From the IMG/VR virus record IMGVR_UViG_3300035158_000183, positions 96,001-160,000 of that record: a DNA stretch of 64,000 bases. The stretch is one strand, 5' to 3'. This document shows, piece after piece, positions 1-11,200 of the stretch; position 1 is the first letter of the stretch; each line of letters begins with the position of its first letter. Made by a program: the position numbers and the translations under genes. The notes beneath the pieces are model-generated. The model saw only the letters and a list, made by a program, of their open reading frames with translations. It was not told where the DNA came from and did not search any database. Source of the stretch: a virus.

Positions 1-157
1 GCCTCAGGTCAAAGAAACTGCACCAGCGCTTGATATCATATCTCCAGCCGTCAGGCTCCAGGCTAGGGTGCTCGAAGCCCACATAAGGGTCCATGCTCTC
101 GCGGTGGTATACGACCTGGCGAGTTCGGAAGTTGATATTTGGTCTGTTTACGGCCAT
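1..157 (-). CDS. Hypothetical virion/baseplate-region protein, 5' part only (runs off the window)
   Basis: ATG at 157 directly follows the TAA of 158..1105; frame is open to base 1 (MAVNRPNINFRTRQVVYHRESMDPY...). Confidence 0.75.
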   Translation of the reverse strand, partial: MAVNRPNINFRTRQVVYHRESMDPYVGFEHPSLEPDGWRYDIKRWCSFFDLR

Positions 158-1105
158 TTACACACCCCAGAATACTTCTGTCTCTGTAAATAGTTGGTGA
201 TATATTTCGGCGCCCTCGACATTTGGGAGAGCATTAACCTCTGCCCCAGAATCTAGTGTGGCCTTATGGAACAGCTCAGACTGAAAATCCTCGTCCTGGA
301 AAGTGAATATCTGTACCGGCACAGCCTCTACCTCCAATGGGAAGATATTGGCATGGTATGAGCAGCTGCCCTCACCGTCAGGTAGGTCGTAGGCGTGCAC
401 GCGTCCATTCACATAGTCCACTGAGAACTCTCCTGAGGCTGCTGGGTTGCCTGTAATTTCAGTATTGAATACAGTCTTCTCTGTGAAGGCTAGGCTACTA
501 CGTGCAATGTATTCGTGGTCCAACTTCGATTGCCTATCTGCACGAATTGGGTCATCTCTGATGATAATTCCGGAAGTTATCCGCACCAGAGTGGAAGCAA
601 TGAGGTTGGGCCGCGTGTCCTGTAGGATGGTAGCAGAGAAGCATTGAGACTGGTTTATGGCTGCCACTAAATCATCCAGGTAGTATCCCTCGTCACCCAA
701 CTGGTAGGTGCGAATCTCCTTGTCGATCACTTCCGTACCGTCCGGCCGCCAGTCGCTATAGAGAATAACCCTGTTAGCTCGCATCTCGAATCTAGGGCTC
801 ACTGCGATAGGGCCGCCGGCACTATCGAGTTTAAGATCTATCTCCATTGCTGGCTGTCTGAGATATCCTAAATCCCTGGCTATACTACTTGCCACACCTT
901 GGTACAGTGGACTACCTGGATGCACTGAAACATCCCACAAGCGTTTCCGATACTCGGCATTGCTTTCTCCCTCGAGCCTCTTCAGGGTAAGGGTCACACC
1001 CGAAAGGTCAAACTTGTTGACTACATTTCTAAGCTCTGGAGTGCCCACTATTTGTGTCGGCAAGCTAATATTAATAGAGAATCCTATGGTTTTACGGCCA
1101 GACAT
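158..1105 (-). CDS. Putative baseplate/tail structural protein
   Basis: 315 aa; LKRLEGESNAEYRKRL resembles the R..GE.D..YR.RL motif of baseplate wedge proteins; downstream of baseplate J. Confidence 0.5.
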   Translation of the reverse strand: MSGRKTIGFSINISLPTQIVGTPELRNVVNKFDLSGVTLTLKRLEGESNAEYRKRLWDVSVHPGSPLYQGVASSIARDLGYLRQPAMEIDLKLDSAGGPIAVSPRFEMRANRVILYSDWRPDGTEVIDKEIRTYQLGDEGYYLDDLVAAINQSQCFSATILQDTRPNLIASTLVRITSGIIIRDDPIRADRQSKLDHEYIARSSLAFTEKTVFNTEITGNPAASGEFSVDYVNGRVHAYDLPDGEGSCSYHANIFPLEVEAVPVQIFTFQDEDFQSELFHKATLDSGAEVNALPNVEGAEIYHQLFTETEVFWGV

Positions 1106-2749
1106 TTATGGTACCACCCTAACAGAAGAATAGTTCTCCCGCAACCATACCGCCTTACGCTCGTAATCGGCGATAAAGTAATCATAATAGATATTTGCTA
1201 GTATCAGGTCGTCATTCACCAGCAACCACAGCTGTCCGTCCGAATCCATCATCATACCATCAGCATTCTGCAGCGCAGCTGGCAATGATATAGCTGTCTC
1301 AGCCTGTATGGCTGGTACGTATAATACGTATCTTGTGGTTAACGTGAAGGACTCGGATGACTTTTCCGGGTCTGTGTAGAGACATTCCAGTGTGAGGATA
1401 TACACCCCAACTTTGTCTAGCAGTATATCAATCCGCTGTTCCCGCCAGCTGTTACCTTCCCATAGGTCATTTTCTATCCATGCGTCAGTAGTAGTCGGCC
1501 ATTTCGAGCCATCCAGGCCCAGGTAGTATTCTTGACCATCAGGCTCCAGCAATGTCCAGCGTACCTTCCAAGGCGTCACAGATATATCTAGGATATCCGT
1601 CTTGACAGTAGCTGTGGCATCGCGCGGATATACCCACCTATCTGAGTAGATATCCATCTTGGTATCCGGGCTCTCTGCCTGTAGGGTAGTCAGATCAGGA
1701 TAAGGCAGTCTGGTGTTGTAAACATAGAATGTATCGGCGTCCACCGCAAACATATAGTCTGTGTGAGGCTTGAGCACAGCAGCACGCAGATCTACATTAT
1801 TACCCGAAGTGTCCAGTAACTCAACCTCGTGCTCTATGTCCTTGGTATCAAAGCCCAGCTGCACAACACCTATCTCGCTGACAGTGAAGCTCTTAGAGAC
1901 CATTGAGGAGCCCCAGGTCTGAGTGCCCAGGGTGACAAAACGCCATGCTTCTGTGCCGCTTGGCGGCACTACCAGGTTTCTGGTATCCAGCATGTCATCA
2001 CGGTCGAACGGCAAGACCTCTAGAGTAATCTCAGCGTCATCATCCATATAGCTGATGTACACCGACTCCACGGACTTCCACTGGTTGACGGTTCTGAATG
2101 TGCCGTTATATCTAATTGGCACTGCTTCTCTTACTAGTGTTCCCTTGCGTGTGATACCGTTAATAAATACCTTGGTATAATAGATTCTATTCCGGGCCCG
2201 CTGTTCCCAGGTTGTGTTCCCCCTCACAGTCACATAGAGGTGGCCCTCGATAACCATATCTTCCGGCGTAGCGCTACTGATATCTGCTGCAGCTGTCCTG
2301 GGAATTACTTCTTGATACTGATAGCTTGTCTCTCCATCTTCTATTCGAGATGGCACAGCCTGATACCATAAGAATTCCAGACTGTTATGCGGCGCCATGG
2401 TAATCTCGTACTCGACCTCGCTGATAGTTCCATAAACTGTTGGTGGGGTGTATACAGGAATCCCATCTTGTTGCTCCGTATTGGTAAATTCCATCCCCGT
2501 GCCTAGCTCTATCCTATATAGCTGGCTCATCAGGTCTATATTAGCAGCGCTCATATAGATATTATCTCGCTCTTCCACCAGCTGCTGGTTGACCCTCTCC
2601 ATGTCAATGGCTATCGGGTTGATCACCTGCTGCATTACTGAGAATGGACACTTACGCGCATGGGTGTACTCCGGAGCCCTATTCGCTAGCCTCTGAGTCA
2701 TCCATGAAAGATGGTGTCTGTCCTGTGGCCACACTCCAAGTTTTGTCAT
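1106..2749 (-). CDS. Hypothetical virion structural protein (baseplate region)
   Basis: 547 aa, beta-rich composition, tightly coupled within the baseplate operon. Confidence 0.5.
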   Translation of the reverse strand: MTKLGVWPQDRHHLSWMTQRLANRAPEYTHARKCPFSVMQQVINPIAIDMERVNQQLVEERDNIYMSAANIDLMSQLYRIELGTGMEFTNTEQQDGIPVYTPPTVYGTISEVEYEITMAPHNSLEFLWYQAVPSRIEDGETSYQYQEVIPRTAAADISSATPEDMVIEGHLYVTVRGNTTWEQRARNRIYYTKVFINGITRKGTLVREAVPIRYNGTFRTVNQWKSVESVYISYMDDDAEITLEVLPFDRDDMLDTRNLVVPPSGTEAWRFVTLGTQTWGSSMVSKSFTVSEIGVVQLGFDTKDIEHEVELLDTSGNNVDLRAAVLKPHTDYMFAVDADTFYVYNTRLPYPDLTTLQAESPDTKMDIYSDRWVYPRDATATVKTDILDISVTPWKVRWTLLEPDGQEYYLGLDGSKWPTTTDAWIENDLWEGNSWREQRIDILLDKVGVYILTLECLYTDPEKSSESFTLTTRYVLYVPAIQAETAISLPAALQNADGMMMDSDGQLWLLVNDDLILANIYYDYFIADYERKAVWLRENYSSVRVVP

Positions 2750-2758
2750 AACTTATCC

Positions 2759-4009
2759 CTAAAAAGTAATGAACTGTATTCCGCGATACCGCCCTGAGGT
2801 TTCGAGGATTATCCTCTCGTTGTAAAGCGGCGAAAGCCATTCCCCAAATGTCAGTGTACGCACGCTGCCCTCACCGGTAGGAGAGGCCTTGTGCAGATAA
2901 ATCTCCTCGAACTTGTTGGGCCTATTGCGCCCAATCCTATATGCCAGAGGAGCTGCCTCCAGCATAGAATCTATTATGTTAACCATCTCGATATCTTCAC
3001 CGATGTCCAGGGCATTAATGACTTCTTCTACTGCCTCCCGCATCGCAACATAACCGAAGGCAATCTCCTCAGCCTTAGCACGAGGTGACCAGTTTACGGC
3101 TGCCACTAGCTCTAACCCTAGAGGTCTGGGAGCAGATATGAATGGCCGTATGCCATAGCCTGTTACTAGATTGACAGATTGTGTGACTTCACGTATCAGG
3201 TCAGGACTTACTGTCGGCGTGATACCCTTGATATATAACGCGAATGTACCTGGCCCTTGCTCGGCGTTTACCAGATAGACATCAGCCACACCTGGTATGG
3301 CTAGTGCTGCGAGCCTAATCGAAGCCATAACTGCCATTGTCCGAGAGCGGAACACATTAGATAGGCGGTATCGATATGATTCATCCTCTTCACGATCTAC
3401 ACCATTATCAATTGCGTATCTGTTTGTACACTTCAGCCGCTGAGTGTCCGAGAGCGTATAGGAATTAAAGCCATGTACATTCAATACGTTACGAGGCACA
3501 GAAGAATCTATACCCTCAAGGGCGGACCTGACAGGTGCATAAACAAAGCTGGTGTCGGCTTCGCCTGTAACCGGCACGAGGGTCGAATAGCTGACAACAG
3601 GCTGCTCGGCAATTCCTGGAGTAACAATCTCGCCAGAAAATGATTCCGTGGAGACGCTTGTGCCAGCTGGTATAGAGATGGCTGCGCCATTATTGATATC
3701 GCCAAATGTTCCCGAATCTACGTAGAACATCAAGTTGTCATCTTCAGCTATGGCGTGGGCAGCTTCCAGCCTAGGGACGTTCAACATATCGCCAAAGAAG
3801 TCTAGGAAGCGTCCCTCTGCGTAGTGGATGTAGGGCTGTAGTAGATTCTCGTCAAACAGTCTCTGCTGTTTCGCCTGCTCCCGAGCTGTGGTAGACAAGA
3901 AGAAGCGTGCCTTGCCGCCAGGTGCCATTTGATTAATGTTGGTGTCGCGGTCTAGGCGTTCCAGCGATTCGTTGATAATTTCTCTCTCTTCTCTAGGGAA
4001 AAATGGCAT
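2759..4009 (-). CDS. Baseplate J-like wedge protein
   Basis: AEGRFLDFFG, IPAGTSV, NGVDREEDESYRYRL and LAIPGVADV match baseplate J family motifs. Confidence 0.85.
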   Translation of the reverse strand: MPFFPREEREIINESLERLDRDTNINQMAPGGKARFFLSTTAREQAKQQRLFDENLLQPYIHYAEGRFLDFFGDMLNVPRLEAAHAIAEDDNLMFYVDSGTFGDINNGAAISIPAGTSVSTESFSGEIVTPGIAEQPVVSYSTLVPVTGEADTSFVYAPVRSALEGIDSSVPRNVLNVHGFNSYTLSDTQRLKCTNRYAIDNGVDREEDESYRYRLSNVFRSRTMAVMASIRLAALAIPGVADVYLVNAEQGPGTFALYIKGITPTVSPDLIREVTQSVNLVTGYGIRPFISAPRPLGLELVAAVNWSPRAKAEEIAFGYVAMREAVEEVINALDIGEDIEMVNIIDSMLEAAPLAYRIGRNRPNKFEEIYLHKASPTGEGSVRTLTFGEWLSPLYNERIILETSGRYRGIQFITF

Positions 4010-4013
4010 TATC

Positions 4014-4454
4014 CTACGCTCCTATGAAATATACGTTATTGTCCGAATAGTTATACAGGAAATGTCTAATAAGTACTTCGGAACTAGCATTTCTGGCTGT
4101 TGGGGCAACGCTTATTGAGGCCCGTACTAGTAATTTATCACGAGCCACAGGCATATACTGTAACTTTATGTCCTGTGTATGCACAAAGCCGTTCCGAGCA
4201 AAAGCAGCCGTAATACGAGTCTTGATTAGCTCTGCTGTCTGTTCATCATTAGGTTCTCCCACAAAATCTCTGAGATTGGCTCCGACATCCTCAAACACCC
4301 TCCAGTCACCCTGGTCGGCCTCTACCCGAGTCTTCATCTCCTGTAACAATGACCTGAGAGGATCGTGCTGGGTGTCCATGAGATCACCCTCGCTGATAAA
4401 ATAGTCTCCCCGGGATGTCCAGAGCATGTCTATCTTATCGTATATACGAGGCAT
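4014..4454 (-). CDS. Baseplate wedge/sheath initiator (gp25-like)
   Basis: 146 aa, GDW...DVGANLRDFVGEPN motif, immediately upstream of baseplate J. Confidence 0.7.
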   Translation of the reverse strand: MPRIYDKIDMLWTSRGDYFISEGDLMDTQHDPLRSLLQEMKTRVEADQGDWRVFEDVGANLRDFVGEPNDEQTAELIKTRITAAFARNGFVHTQDIKLQYMPVARDKLLVRASISVAPTARNASSEVLIRHFLYNYSDNNVYFIGA

Positions 4455-4462
4455 CTAATCAC

Positions 4463-4798
4463 CTAGCCTAAGGCTTGAAAGCTTGTGAGGAGACCTATGA
4501 AGACAGCCGCATCCTTCATGAGACTGGCGAACTGTCTCACAGGCGGGTTGATCATCATGACTGGAGTTGGCGTAGCCATAGTAGACGGTAATGACAGCAT
4601 AATCTCATTATTCATGGTCCACAGGCTGCTGAATCTCATCTGTCCCGAGCCTGCCACAAGGCTCATTGGGCCGCCTATCGTAGTGCCCTTGGTATCAGTC
4701 TGGACGTAATTCTCCTTATTGCCATGCATACGCACTGACCTAGAGTCAATCACCTGACCGGCTTCTGCTTCTGGCGAGGCTTTTATGTGTCTTGTCAT
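4463..4798 (-). CDS. Hypothetical baseplate protein (possible spike-related)
   Basis: 111 aa with SD GGAG; position in baseplate cluster. Confidence 0.45.
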   Translation of the reverse strand: MTRHIKASPEAEAGQVIDSRSVRMHGNKENYVQTDTKGTTIGGPMSLVAGSGQMRFSSLWTMNNEIMLSLPSTMATPTPVMMINPPVRQFASLMKDAAVFIGLLTSFQALG

Positions 4799-4815
4799 GG
4801 ACTTCTCCTACGTAA

Positions 4816-5247
4816 TTATACTATACCACTACCTGGAGGGGCGAATGCTGCCCCCTGGATGGCCACTTGATTAGTCTGTTCAGTGATTTCTTTATCATCC
4901 GTCAGCGGTCTAACTATTGAAGCGGTGCCACGATTGACCGAGTCACCCTTATAATCTATCCGACAAACGAATTTGCCCACCAGCTCATCCGGAGGGCCAT
5001 AGTTGGCTGCCAAGAACATAGGATGCTCCTTGAGCGGGATCGGTTTGGTAGTCAGCTGGGGCTTGCCGTCTGAGCCAATAATTTCCAGTATTACTGTATA
5101 AACCCCTTGGCCCTTCTTGCGGCCCACAACTTCCTTGATAATACCATACTTTATACGAGACTTGGATATTCGTGTCTCGTCCTGCTTGTTGCCAATCTTG
5201 TTAAGGATGGCCCCCATCGGGGTATTCCCGCCAACTTCTCTAGGCAT
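4816..5247 (-). CDS. Hypothetical baseplate protein (possible OB-fold spike N-terminal-like)
   Basis: 143 aa, KYGIIKEV...YTVILEI beta pattern; follows the hub-like gene. Confidence 0.45.
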   Translation of the reverse strand: MPREVGGNTPMGAILNKIGNKQDETRISKSRIKYGIIKEVVGRKKGQGVYTVILEIIGSDGKPQLTTKPIPLKEHPMFLAANYGPPDELVGKFVCRIDYKGDSVNRGTASIVRPLTDDKEITEQTNQVAIQGAAFAPPGSGIV

Positions 5248-5257
5248 AACCTACTCC

Positions 5258-8200
5258 TTATAATTCGGCCTCTTCGAGCCCTCCTGTATCTCCCAAGAAG
5301 CCCCAGAAACTCTCTGATATATCCAGAGCAGCACCGAATAGCTCCTCGCCAATATCCAACTTATCCCAAGCTGTCTCGAGATCATCCCAGTACTGGTACC
5401 ACCTACCGTGTAGGCCCACAAATAATGAGGACCTGCCTGCTCCACAGGCCACACTAACAAATGGCTTACCACCAAGGGTCAGTGGGTTGGTTATTACCGG
5501 CACGGCGTCCTGAGTCCAGTTAATGATCTTCACTGCTGCAGTCATAGCCATAAGTGGCAGGGGGCTTGTGAGTGCTGTAAGGCTAACACCTGACTGTGGC
5601 TGGTCGAATCCGTAAGCATATGATAGTGCCTCGCAAGCTGTATCTATGGCCGCCTGGGCATAGAAGTCATTCACCACCACACACATGTCCGGTGTGATAA
5701 TGGATATAAAACCAAAGTCTCGGTTAAAAACTTGCTCTACGGCTTCCACCTCTATAGGGCCAATCATGTTAATGCTAGAATCATTAATGAGACATACATC
5801 ATATGGCTTAAGCTTCTCGTTGCCTGTTACAATCAACTCGCCCTGATATGCATCACGCAGATGACGCGCGAACAGGCCTTGTACATATCTCTTGGCCATG
5901 TCTACTGTTATACAGCTTGGGAACTCTTCCCTATACGACCGCAAATACTCGTCTGGAATATTCTCGTCCAGTTTGCAAGCAAGCACTCCGCTATCACTTC
6001 TCTGCAGTGCCTGCAGATTGTCAACGAGATCCTCAGCATCCTCTTCTTCCAGAAGATTATCATTGTCGAAATACAGAACCTCTACTTCATTCGGTACCCC
6101 ATTCCGGTTAGTGCGGATAGTGTTCTTCAGAATATGGTGAACCGAGTCAAAGTAATGGTAATTACGGAATGGCTTATATCGGCCGAACAGAGCACTGACT
6201 TGGGTTTCAACACTGTGTGCCGGTGCTGAGCTGGTAAGGGCGATGGCTATTGCATTAGCCATCTTAGGATTGGCGGCTGCTAGCTTACGCATACTGCTGC
6301 GAAACTCTTCATTTGGTATCAGCTTGGAGACCTCCAATCCTTTGAGGTGTCGTATGCCCCTAGTGGCGCTATCTGCCAAAAGCATTTCCATATCACTTGG
6401 CGGTCTTGACCAGTAGTGCTGGCCCTTGGCTCCGAAGAACATGGTCATACGCGGAGAGTGGCCATATGGTATAGCCAGCGCTGCATATCCAGGATGTCGC
6501 AGCTCATGCTCGCGGAATATTTCCCATGGTGTTTGCTTGATGGGCCTATATGCGCAAGCATTATCCCAATATTTCATCCAAGTAGTGGCATACACCTTAG
6601 GAGGGGGCGCGAAGATGTTATCATCCTGGGGCTCATTACGATGTGGATTCTTAAATAACTGGGATAGCGTTTCTCTGCGTCCCCATTCAGTGATAAGGCT
6701 TGCGGGGTTAAGTTGATATAGTATACTCTGGCCATGGCCACCCCTAAGCTTGTGGCGTATCTCGCTTGTTAGGAATCGGTTATAGTCGCTGCGGCGCCCA
6801 AAGTGTACGATACTGGGATGTAGAATAGCTCCCGACAACACTTCCTGAGACGAGTAAAACACTTTGCCATCGCTCAGTGGGCCCAGCTCCACACCCTCAA
6901 GCTCGGCACCATATCCCTGACACACGATCTCCAGGATCTTTCCATCTTCCGACGGAGCTATTTCTACAATACTACCCAAGAACACTGACTCTAGCAGATC
7001 TGGATTGGCTGCATATCCCAACCGAATCTGCACTTTAACTCCATCCTGAAGAATCATATTTTCAAATGGATTCTCCAGTTCAGTATCGGCGAATATTCCA
7101 GTGGCTCTTTCAGCATTAATACCATACTTCGCCTCGTGATCCTTGATGTATTGTGCCTTCTCACCCCAGCGTCGCCTCAGCAAAGTGTCCCCGATATTAG
7201 TGATGCGAATGATGGCAAGATCAGCCGCCACCTTACGAGAACGTATTATACGTATCTCCTGTACACAGGAGTATGAATAGAAGTCATCGAAGGCCCGAAC
7301 GACTCGACCGTTAACCTTAATATCCTCGTCAGCATCATCTTCGATGAAGTATATCTTGAAGGTAGGGAAAGCCCGCCTCATACTGAGATCATTCTTCTTA
7401 TTGCCTAGAGCTATACTAGTACCCAGTGCTGCTGTATTCTTAACCTTGCTGCCTTCACCGAACTTGCCCTTGGCCACATCATGGTCCAGCCCCTTCAGGA
7501 TTTCAGTTATGCCTCCAGCTCGTATCAGGTTAGCACGATTCTCCGCCTTCTGGTCAACTAATTTCTGTACGTCACCGATAGCTTCTACCGCCATTGCCAG
7601 TGGATTGATCCCTAGTTTACCAGCAAGACGTGTAACCCCACCAAGAAGTGCGAAATATTGGTCTTTCACCACACCCCAGGCACTTGGCTGTGCATCTGCA
7701 GCAGCCTGTACCTCTTCTTTATTGTTCCCAACAGTGTACGACCCATCAGATAATCGGGTAGCTCTAGGGCCCAGGTCTCCCCACTCCACGAAACCACCAG
7801 CCCTCTTAATCTCTTCCTTAGACTTCTGGGTCTGTTGACTATCTGGTGTACCTGACAACTTCTTGTCAGCTGTCTTATAATCTGGATTTGGCCCAAAGGA
7901 CAGAGCCCTCCAGTTCACGTCGTACATAGCCTCAATTAATTTCTCAGGCTCTGGCATTACGTCACTACTGTGCCATTCAAGTGGGCGGCCTGACTGAACA
8001 TATTCACTCATATGTGTCAGATTTTGCATAAAGTTGAACTGCGCTGTGGTGTAGTCAGTAGCTTTAAGCCCCGTACTGACAGTTTTGAACCATGCTGCAG
8101 GCCCTTTGGCCTGGTAGTCCGGGTCATCTGGACGGTAATATACGGGCTCCCATGCATTAGTACCTTCCTGCATCATCTGTTCGTAGTCTAAAAAGGTTAT

Positions 8201-11200
8201 CTCACCGGCTGCACGATCTACTCCAGCAAATTTCTCCAGATATATCTTCCTGCTCTCGAGTATGCGAGGTAAGTTGTATGACAGATACGAGCCACCCAGC
8301 ATGGTGTCATGAAGATATCGCTGGATAGATGCAACCTCATTGCGGACGTGACGGCGTAAGAAGGTTTCCATGTTATTCACATCGGTTAGAGCGGATACCA
8401 CTGAATCTTCTTTGGAGTCATCATATATATAGAACTCAGGCGGAAGCGGTATGGCAGGCAAGCGTTGCTGTGAGTCTGTGCCTTCAGAAACAAGGGGCAC
8501 CTCCGGCAGGTTCATATCTGCGTAACATTCACCCACCGCTAACGCTGTGGCTTCTAGCCTCTGCTGTCTGATACCTGGAAAGTAATTATCGAACCTCTCA
8601 TCTAAAACATGTGACTGTACCTGTCTGATTACGCGCTCCATACTGTTCAGCCACTTGTTAAACACTCTTGCATGCTCACGGTTGGTGGCCCAGGCACCAT
8701 TGGTACTAAACTTCCCATTATACATATCGTTCCATGTACCTACACGGTCATGTTTGACCCTAGTATAGTGAGAGCGTGGTGAGTCTAGTTCAGCCATCAT
8801 TTCCGCTTGAGCAGCAGGGCCCTTCTTGACTATTGCAGTACTAGGCTTGTCCTCATTAGGAATATTCTTAACTTGTCCAAATAATACCCCTTCTGCTCCC
8901 CAGGTGCGATATGCTGTCTCCCAAGTCTCGTTGCTATCAGGAGCAGTTTTCCAGACAACTGGCGGCATCTCATTCTGTGTTTTCTGACATATATCTGCGG
9001 CCTGAATCACTGCTTCTGCCAGCCAACCAGGGAAATATGGATCCTTTACTTTCCATGGCCTGCCATGACCTGCCACCCAGTACCCTTGTTCCTGCTTGAC
9101 CTGATTCTCATGCGCTACCTCGTAGAGCCGTGGCTCGATGATGCTAGGTTTAGGTATTATATTGCGGCGATCATCATCCTGTGGATCGTTAGATAGCTTC
9201 TTGGGCTTCTCAGACTTCAAGAACTTCATAATGCCAGAAACAATTTGTCGCTTAGCACTTATATCTGTAGGTATGTATCTATCAAGACGTTCTTCAGCGA
9301 AATCCTGGGTGATGAAGCTAACATTCATTTGGTGTTGGTCCACCGAACCTTCCACGCTTGATTCCTGTACATCTGTGACAACGATATCTCGTATGCTCAG
9401 AAGGGCCAAAATATTATTGGTCTCATCTGTGACAGGATGGCTTGACTCTACTCGCATAGAGCCAGCGTAGGGTATCATAGCATTGAACCTGCGAGCATTT
9501 TCCCTCGCGCGAAATATCATCTTCTTAAGGGCGTCAGCTCCCTCCCTGCCTTCTACACCTGTAAATGTGAACGACAAAGTACCGGTCTTATTGCCGGCTC
9601 CCAGGAACTGCCAGGTATATGTATCCTGACTCAATAACTTTATCGGTACTATCCTATGACCGAAAGTCACGGAGAGTCCGGAGAGTACCATGTTCTTGGC
9701 AAACACAGAATCTCGGTAATCATCTGGATTGCTAGATACGTATAGCTGTACATCCTTGGCAAATATATTCCGTAACTTAGGATCCTCGGAATAGTAATAC
9801 CAACCCTTGGCATTATAAGAAGCAATCCATTTGTTTCGTGCCTGCTGACTGCGCACATCCTTAGGTAATTCAGTGGGCTTGCCCGGGATAGCCTCAGACT
9901 TGGCCGCAGTACCCTCAGTGGGTTGGGGCCTAGGCTTCTTCTGCTCTTGTTGCTTGGTCTGCTCGGGCTTCTTCTCATTAGGGCCCTTGGAGACATCCAT
10001 ATGCTGTGTACGCTTGGCAAGCTTAGGTCTCACACCTATAGGCAGAGCCTGGAATATTTCGATTCCACTTTTCGTATTAGATGCTAAACGTGTTTTAGGC
10101 GGTCCGGCACGTTTGGACTTCTGGTCAACTGCCTGACAGTATATGGATATAATAGTCTTGTCAGCAGCATAGCCTATATGATGTACTCTAGTCAGCAACA
10201 TAACGTGCTTAGACCACACAATGCCAACAGGAATTCCGGCATCAATTACTTTCTGTATATTCTTAGCTGACTGGCCTGTCAGACGCAGCAGCCACCTCGC
10301 ATTATGCTGTGCAGCTCTAACAGTCTGCCTGCACCCGAAGTAGCCGAAACCCTTACCCTTCGCTCGTGCCTGAATTGGAACCTGATACCCAGCACGATGC
10401 AGGGTCTCGTAGAACATGATATTGCATTTCTCTTTATGCTCATAATGAACGGTCTCGCCAGTCTCTTTATCTGCCAAGTGTGGGCTTAGCTGTTTCCCTA
10501 ACTCAAGCTTACCTCTCTTCCTCCAGGGTTCCCTGTCCCACTTCCATAGTTCTTCTCTGGCCGATTGCCACGAGCGCTTACTGCGCTTTAAGAATACTGG
10601 CACCTCTTGTCCTGGTACAGATGCCTGCTTGGCAGCCTGCTGGGTGGCAGTCGTTATTTGCCCCTGGGAGTCAGTCTCGACCAATGGTGCATTGGTGGCG
10701 TTGTATATTGCTGCCGCTGAAGGGAATCCGTCCTGTTCCTTCAACACATCGGCTACCACACCTCGGCCAAGTTTTTGGGTCTTGTCTGGAGGATTGTGAT
10801 GCTCCAGCATCTGTAGAGTGAAACCTACAATATCGCTATTAGTTGTACCGACACCTGGAGTATTCTTCTGCATATGGTCTGCATAATACATCCATGCATC
10901 AGAAGCTCCAGGGAAATTTACTGGTACATTAGGTTCCTCGCCACGTAATGGCAGAAGACCTTCGCGAATATCATTGACCATCTTCTCAGCTTCATAATCC
11001 AAAGAGTGGGCCGATGCTTCATAGGAGGTCAGGTCCCCCAGTAGCAACTCACGTTCTGGAGTAGGTCGGCGTTTCGAGACATTTGGAAACGTAGTATTGT
11101 ACCAGAAATGATTACTAAATGGTTTGAAGTTAAAGTGATGTAGTGTCAGCGTCAGTATCAGCTGGCCAGGAGTAGCTGAATTAGATAAGGTGCCGGTCTC

